From positions 38,068,001 to 38,132,000 of the forward strand of contig JBNRSN020000010.1 in the NCBI GenBank assembly GCA_051313645.2: a stretch of 64,000 nucleotides of DNA, given 5' to 3'. Source of the DNA: Centroscyllium fabricii (taxonomy: Eukaryota). The translations under genes and the position numbers were made by a program. Under the pieces are notes generated by a model that had not been told where the DNA came from, made no database searches, and saw only the letters and a program-made list of their open reading frames with translations. How positions within the stretch are numbered: position 1 is the stretch's first letter; every line of letters begins with the position of its first letter. Shown one piece after another: positions 59,597 to 64,000 of this stretch.

Positions 59597-60974
59597 TCAC
59601 AGAATTGTGTTTCTATGCTGGATTGCTAAACAATGAGAATACAATCCAAGGTGAAGGATACAGATGCTAATTGATGCCCGGTCGTATATAGCAGCAGAAT
59701 GGGAAACCGCAGTGGTGTGATGGATGTGTGTGTGTTTCATGGAGTATAAGGTCACTGCAAACCGGAAACATTGTTTGAATTGAGCTGTACAGTTCTTACA
59801 GGTTGGGTTTACCTGTTGAGCCAGTACTGGTACCTGAATGCAGAGTGATATTTGGAACAACATTCATGCAACTGGGTTCAATTATCAGTGAAATTATACC
59901 AGGAGAGACACCCCAAACTCTGAACAGGTCCCTACATACTATGTGGGAATCACCGCAGTCTCTGGGCAGGAACCCCAAAACTCTGGGCAATAACTCTCAA
60001 ACTCTGGACAGGAACTCACAAACTCTGGACAGGAACTCTCAAACTCTGGACTGAAACAAAGACAATTAATCTCACAGTTCTTAGTATATTACTTTGGGAG
60101 ATGGAGAAACTCTTATCTCTTGGATCTTTCCTGAATTTTCGGTGTCTCCTTGCATCACATGCTCACTCAGAAAAATGACGTTTGCTGAACATCTCAACAA
60201 TTAAGTAGAGAGCTTCATTTTTCAACAAAAAGGTATTCTTTGTCAATGAAGGGTTTTCTCCAGCGTTGTGACCAGAAACATGAGCCTTCTGTTCAGAAGT
60301 GAGCTGCAGATCTCAAGAGCAGAGTTTTTTCATTGAGTGAGTGTGCGTCTGGTTGATTGAAGCTCTCTGCTGAGATCGTTAGATGTTGTCTTTCCCCTGG
60401 GCACAGAATGTTACAATGGCCAGAGTTTCAAATAGGAGATAAGACAAAAGTTCTTTTTTTGTAAAAGCAGAATTTTTTAAACAACTTTTTAAAACCTTTG
60501 CAGTATACAGAGACTTTGTATGGATGGCCATGATCAATTGCATGCTTTCAGAGAAGTGTTTCAAGTGTTAAAAATTGCCTTACCTGCTCCATTTTGCTCA
60601 GTGTGTAAATGTGTCACACGTTCTGGTGCTGAGCCTAAGATATCAGGAAGGTCCCAGGTTTGATTCTTGGTCTCGGATCCCGGCGGGGCAGTGTTAGAAG
60701 GGGCAGAGACAGACAGTTGTCCTCAGTTTGCCCTGGCTGGGAGGGGACAGATTGATCCATGCTGGAGAGTGTGTGTGTGTTGATGTCAGGATTGAGTTCA
60801 GCTGCAGTACACCCTCACCCACAAGGAAATTGTTCCCCACCACTCACTGTTCAGGCTTACACGCGAAGAATGAACATAAGGCAGTCAGCAGCTGTGGAAC
60901 TGTTTTCGAGCTCTACTGGTTTATGAAACTCAATGAGATATGATCTACAACAGTACTGAGCATGGGTACTTCAT

Positions 60975-63900
60975 CCCTCAGGTACCAGTAGAGTCGGTGC
61001 CCTCTCCCTCGGGTACCAGTAGAGTTGGTGCCTTCTCCCTCAGGTCCCAGTAGAGTTGGTGCCCTCTCCCTCGGGTACCAGTAGAGTTGGTGTCTCCTCC
61101 CTCAGGTGTACCAGTAGAGTCGGTGCCCTCTCCCTCGGGTACCAGTAGAGTTGGTGCCTTCTCCCTCAGGTCCCAGTAGAGTTGGTGCCCTCTTCCTCGG
61201 GTACCAGTAGAGTTGGTGTCTCCTCCCTCAGGTCCCAGTAGAGTTGGTGCCCTCTCCCTCGGGTACCAGTAGAGTTGGTGCCCTCTCCCTCGGGTACCAG
61301 TAGAGTTGGTGCCCTCTCCCTCGGATACCAGTAGAGTTGGTGCCTTCTTCCTCGGGTACCAATAGAGTTGGTGCCCTCTCCCTCAGGTACCAGTAGAGTT
61401 AGTGCCCTCTCCCTCAGGTACCAGTAGAGTTGGTGCCCCCTCCCTCGGGTACCAGTAGAGTTGGTGCCCTCTCACTCAGGTACCAGTAGAGTTGGTGCCC
61501 TCTCCCTCAGGTACCAGTAGAGTTGGTGCCCTCTCCCTCAGGTTCCAGTAGAGTTGGTGCCCTCTCCCTCGGGTACCAGTAGAGTTGGTGCCTTCTCCCT
61601 CAGGTACCAGTAGAGTTGGTGCCCTCTCCCTCAGGTACCAGTAGAGTTGGTGCCCTCTCCCTCAGGTACCAGTAGAGTTGGTGCCTTCTCCCTTGGAGGG
61701 AACTGGATATATTTCTTCAGGCTAAAGGGATTAAGGGATATGGGGAGAAGGCAGGGACTGGGTACTGAACGTGTAAGATCAGCCATGATCTCATTGAATG
61801 GCGAAGCAGGCTCGAAGGGCCGAATGGCCTACTCCTGCTCCTATCTTCTATGATTCTATACTAGTAGAAGTTGGTGCCTTCTCCCTCGGATACCAGTAGA
61901 GTTGGTCCCCTCTCCCTCAGGTACCAGTAGAGTTGGTGTCTTCTCCCTCAGGTACCAGTAGAGTTGGTGCCCTCTCCCTTGGGTACCAGTAGAGTTGGTG
62001 CCATCTCCCTCAGGTACCAGTAGAGTTGGTGCCCTCTCCCTCGGATACCAGTAGAGTTGGTGCCTACTCCCTCAGGTACCATTAGAGTTGGTGCCTTCTC
62101 CCTCGGATACCAGTAGAGTTGGTGCCCTCCCTCAGGTACCAGTAGAGTTGGTGCCTTCTCCCTCGGATACCAGTAGAGTTGGTGCCTTCTCCCTCAGGTA
62201 CCAGTAGAGTTGGTGCCTTCTCCCTCGGATACCAGTAGAGTTGGTGCCCTCTCCCTCAGGTACCAGTAGAGTTGGTGCCCTCTCCCTCAGGTACCAGTAG
62301 AGTTAGTGCCCTCTCCCTCAGGTACTAGTAGAGTTGGTGCCCTCTCCCTCAGGTACCAGTAGAGTTGGTGCCCTCTCACTTGGGTACAGGTAGAGTTGGT
62401 GCCCTCTCCCTCGGGTACCCGTAGAGTCGGTGGCTTCTCCCTCAGGTACCAGTAGAGTTGGTGCCCTTTCCCTCGGGTACCAGTAGAGTTGGTGCCCTCT
62501 CCCTCAGGTACCAGTAGAGTCGGTGTCTTCTCCCTCGCGTACCAGTAGAGTCGGTGTCTTCTCCCTCAGGTACCAGTAGAGTTGGTGCCCTCACCCTCAG
62601 GTACCAGTAGAGTTGGTGCCTTCTCCCTCAGGTACCAGTAGAGTCGGTGCCTTCTCCCTCAGGTACCAGTAGAGTTGGTGCCCTCTCCCTCGGATACCAG
62701 TAGAGTTGGTGCCTTCTCCCTCGGGTACCAGTAGAGTTGGTGCCTTCTCCCTCGGGTACCAGTAGAGTTGGTTGTCTCTCCCTCAGGTACCAGTAGAGTT
62801 GGTGCCCTCTCCCTCAGGTACCAGTAGATTTGGTGTCCTCTCCCTCAGGTACCAGTAGAGTGGGTGCCCCCTCCCTCAGGTACCAGTAGAGTTGGTGCCC
62901 TCTCCCTCAGGTAGCAGTAGAGTTGGTGCCCTCTCCCTCAGGTACCAGTAGAGTTGGTGCCCTCTCCCTTGGGTACCAGTAGAGTTGGTGCCCTCTCCCT
63001 CGGGTACTCGTAGAGTCGGTGGCTTCTCCCTCAGGTACCAGTAGAGTTGGTGCCCTCTCCCTCGGGTACCAGTAGAGTTGGTGCCCTCTCCCTCAGGTAC
63101 CAGTAGAGTCGGTGTCTTCTCCCTCAGGTACCAGTAGAGTTGGTGCCCTCTCCCTCGGGTACCAGTAGAGTCGGTGTCTTCTCCCTCAGGTACCAGTAGA
63201 GTTGGTGCCTTCTCCCTCAGGTACCAGTAGAGTCGGTGCCTTCTCCCTCAGGTACCAGTAGAGTTGGTGCCCTCTCCCTCGGATACCAGTAGAGTTGGTG
63301 CCTTCTCCCTCGGGTACCAGTAGAGTTGGTGCCTTCTCCCTCGGGTACCAGTAGAGTTGGTGCCTTCTCCCTCAGGTACCAGTAGAGTTGGTGCCCTCTC
63401 CCTCAGTGACCAGCAGAGTTGGTACCCTCTCCCTCAGGTACCAGTAGAGTTGGTGCCCTCTCCCTCATGTACCAGTAGATTTGCTGCCCTCTCCCTCAGG
63501 TACTAGTAGAGTTGGTGCCCTCTCCCTCAGGTACTAGTAGAGTTGGTTGTCTCTCCCTCAGGTACCAGTAGAGTTGGTGCCTTCTCCCTCAGGTACCAGT
63601 AGATTTGGTGTCCTCTCCCTCAGGTACCAGTAGAGTGGGTGTCCCCTCCCTCAGGTACCAGTAGAGTTGGTGCCCTCTCCCTCAGGTAGCAGTAGAGTTG
63701 GTGCCTTCTCCCTTGGATAGCAGTAGAGTTGGTGCCCTCTCCCTCAGGTACCAGTGGAGTTGGTGCCTTCTCCCTCGGATACCAGTAGAGTCGGTGCCTT
63801 CTCCCTCGGGTACCAGTAGAGTTTGTGCCTTCTCCCTCGGGTACCAGTAGAGTTGGTGCCTTCTCCCTCAGGTACCAGTAGAGTTGGTGCCCTCTCCCTC

Positions 63901-64000
63901 ATGTACCAGTAGAGTTGGTGCCCTCTCCCTTGGGTACCAGTAGAGTTGGTGCCCTCTCCGTCGGGTACCAGTAGAGTCGGTGTCTTCTCCCTCAGGTACC
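60975..64000. repeat. 31-bp minisatellite CCCTCAGGTACCAGTAGAGTTGGTGCCCTCT, running off the window end
   Basis: About 90 tandem copies, interrupted at about 61694-61860 by a CR1 tail. Confidence 0.97.
61694..61860 (+). mobile_element. Short CR1 3' end inserted in the minisatellite
   Basis: GATCAGCCATGATCTCATTGAATGGCG..GGCCGAATGGCCTACTCCTGCTCC..TTCTATGATTCTAT. Confidence 0.88.

Noticed and set aside
57279-60970. MAPKBP1 poly(A) site and 3' UTR end
   Set aside because: I found no convincing canonical signal by eye and a gap interrupts the region, so I left it unannotated.

Overview
Eukaryotic, repeat-dense vertebrate DNA. The repeat families (HE1/V-SINE, Deu-SINE, CR1, L2, Penelope) point to a cartilaginous fish such as a shark; this is an inference. 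The only host gene is the 3' half of MAPKBP1 (WDR62 paralogue) on the + strand. I traced 12 GT-AG exons by hand from 15374 to the stop at 57278, and their phases chain into one continuous frame. The preceding intron holds three sense-oriented Ty3/Gypsy elements of three lineages: a very young Mag-like element, a CsRn1-like element with a tRNA-Trp PBS, and an internally deleted Gmr1-like SCAN-gag element with a tRNA-Ala PBS. The best candidate for new biology is the young element. It has no tRNA PBS; the 13 nt after its 5' LTR are the exact reverse complement of its own LTR poly(A)-signal region, suggesting self-priming. It also has a YLDN RT motif and a (CA)8 tract at the gag-pol frame junction. 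Other points: a 28S rRNA fragment ahead of a near-intact CR1, a pristine Harbinger-type MITE, Penelope fragments with a hammerhead remnant, and many minisatellites. There are two assembly gaps (17145-17505, 57804-57941). Coordinates were read by eye, and ends of degenerate repeats are approximate.
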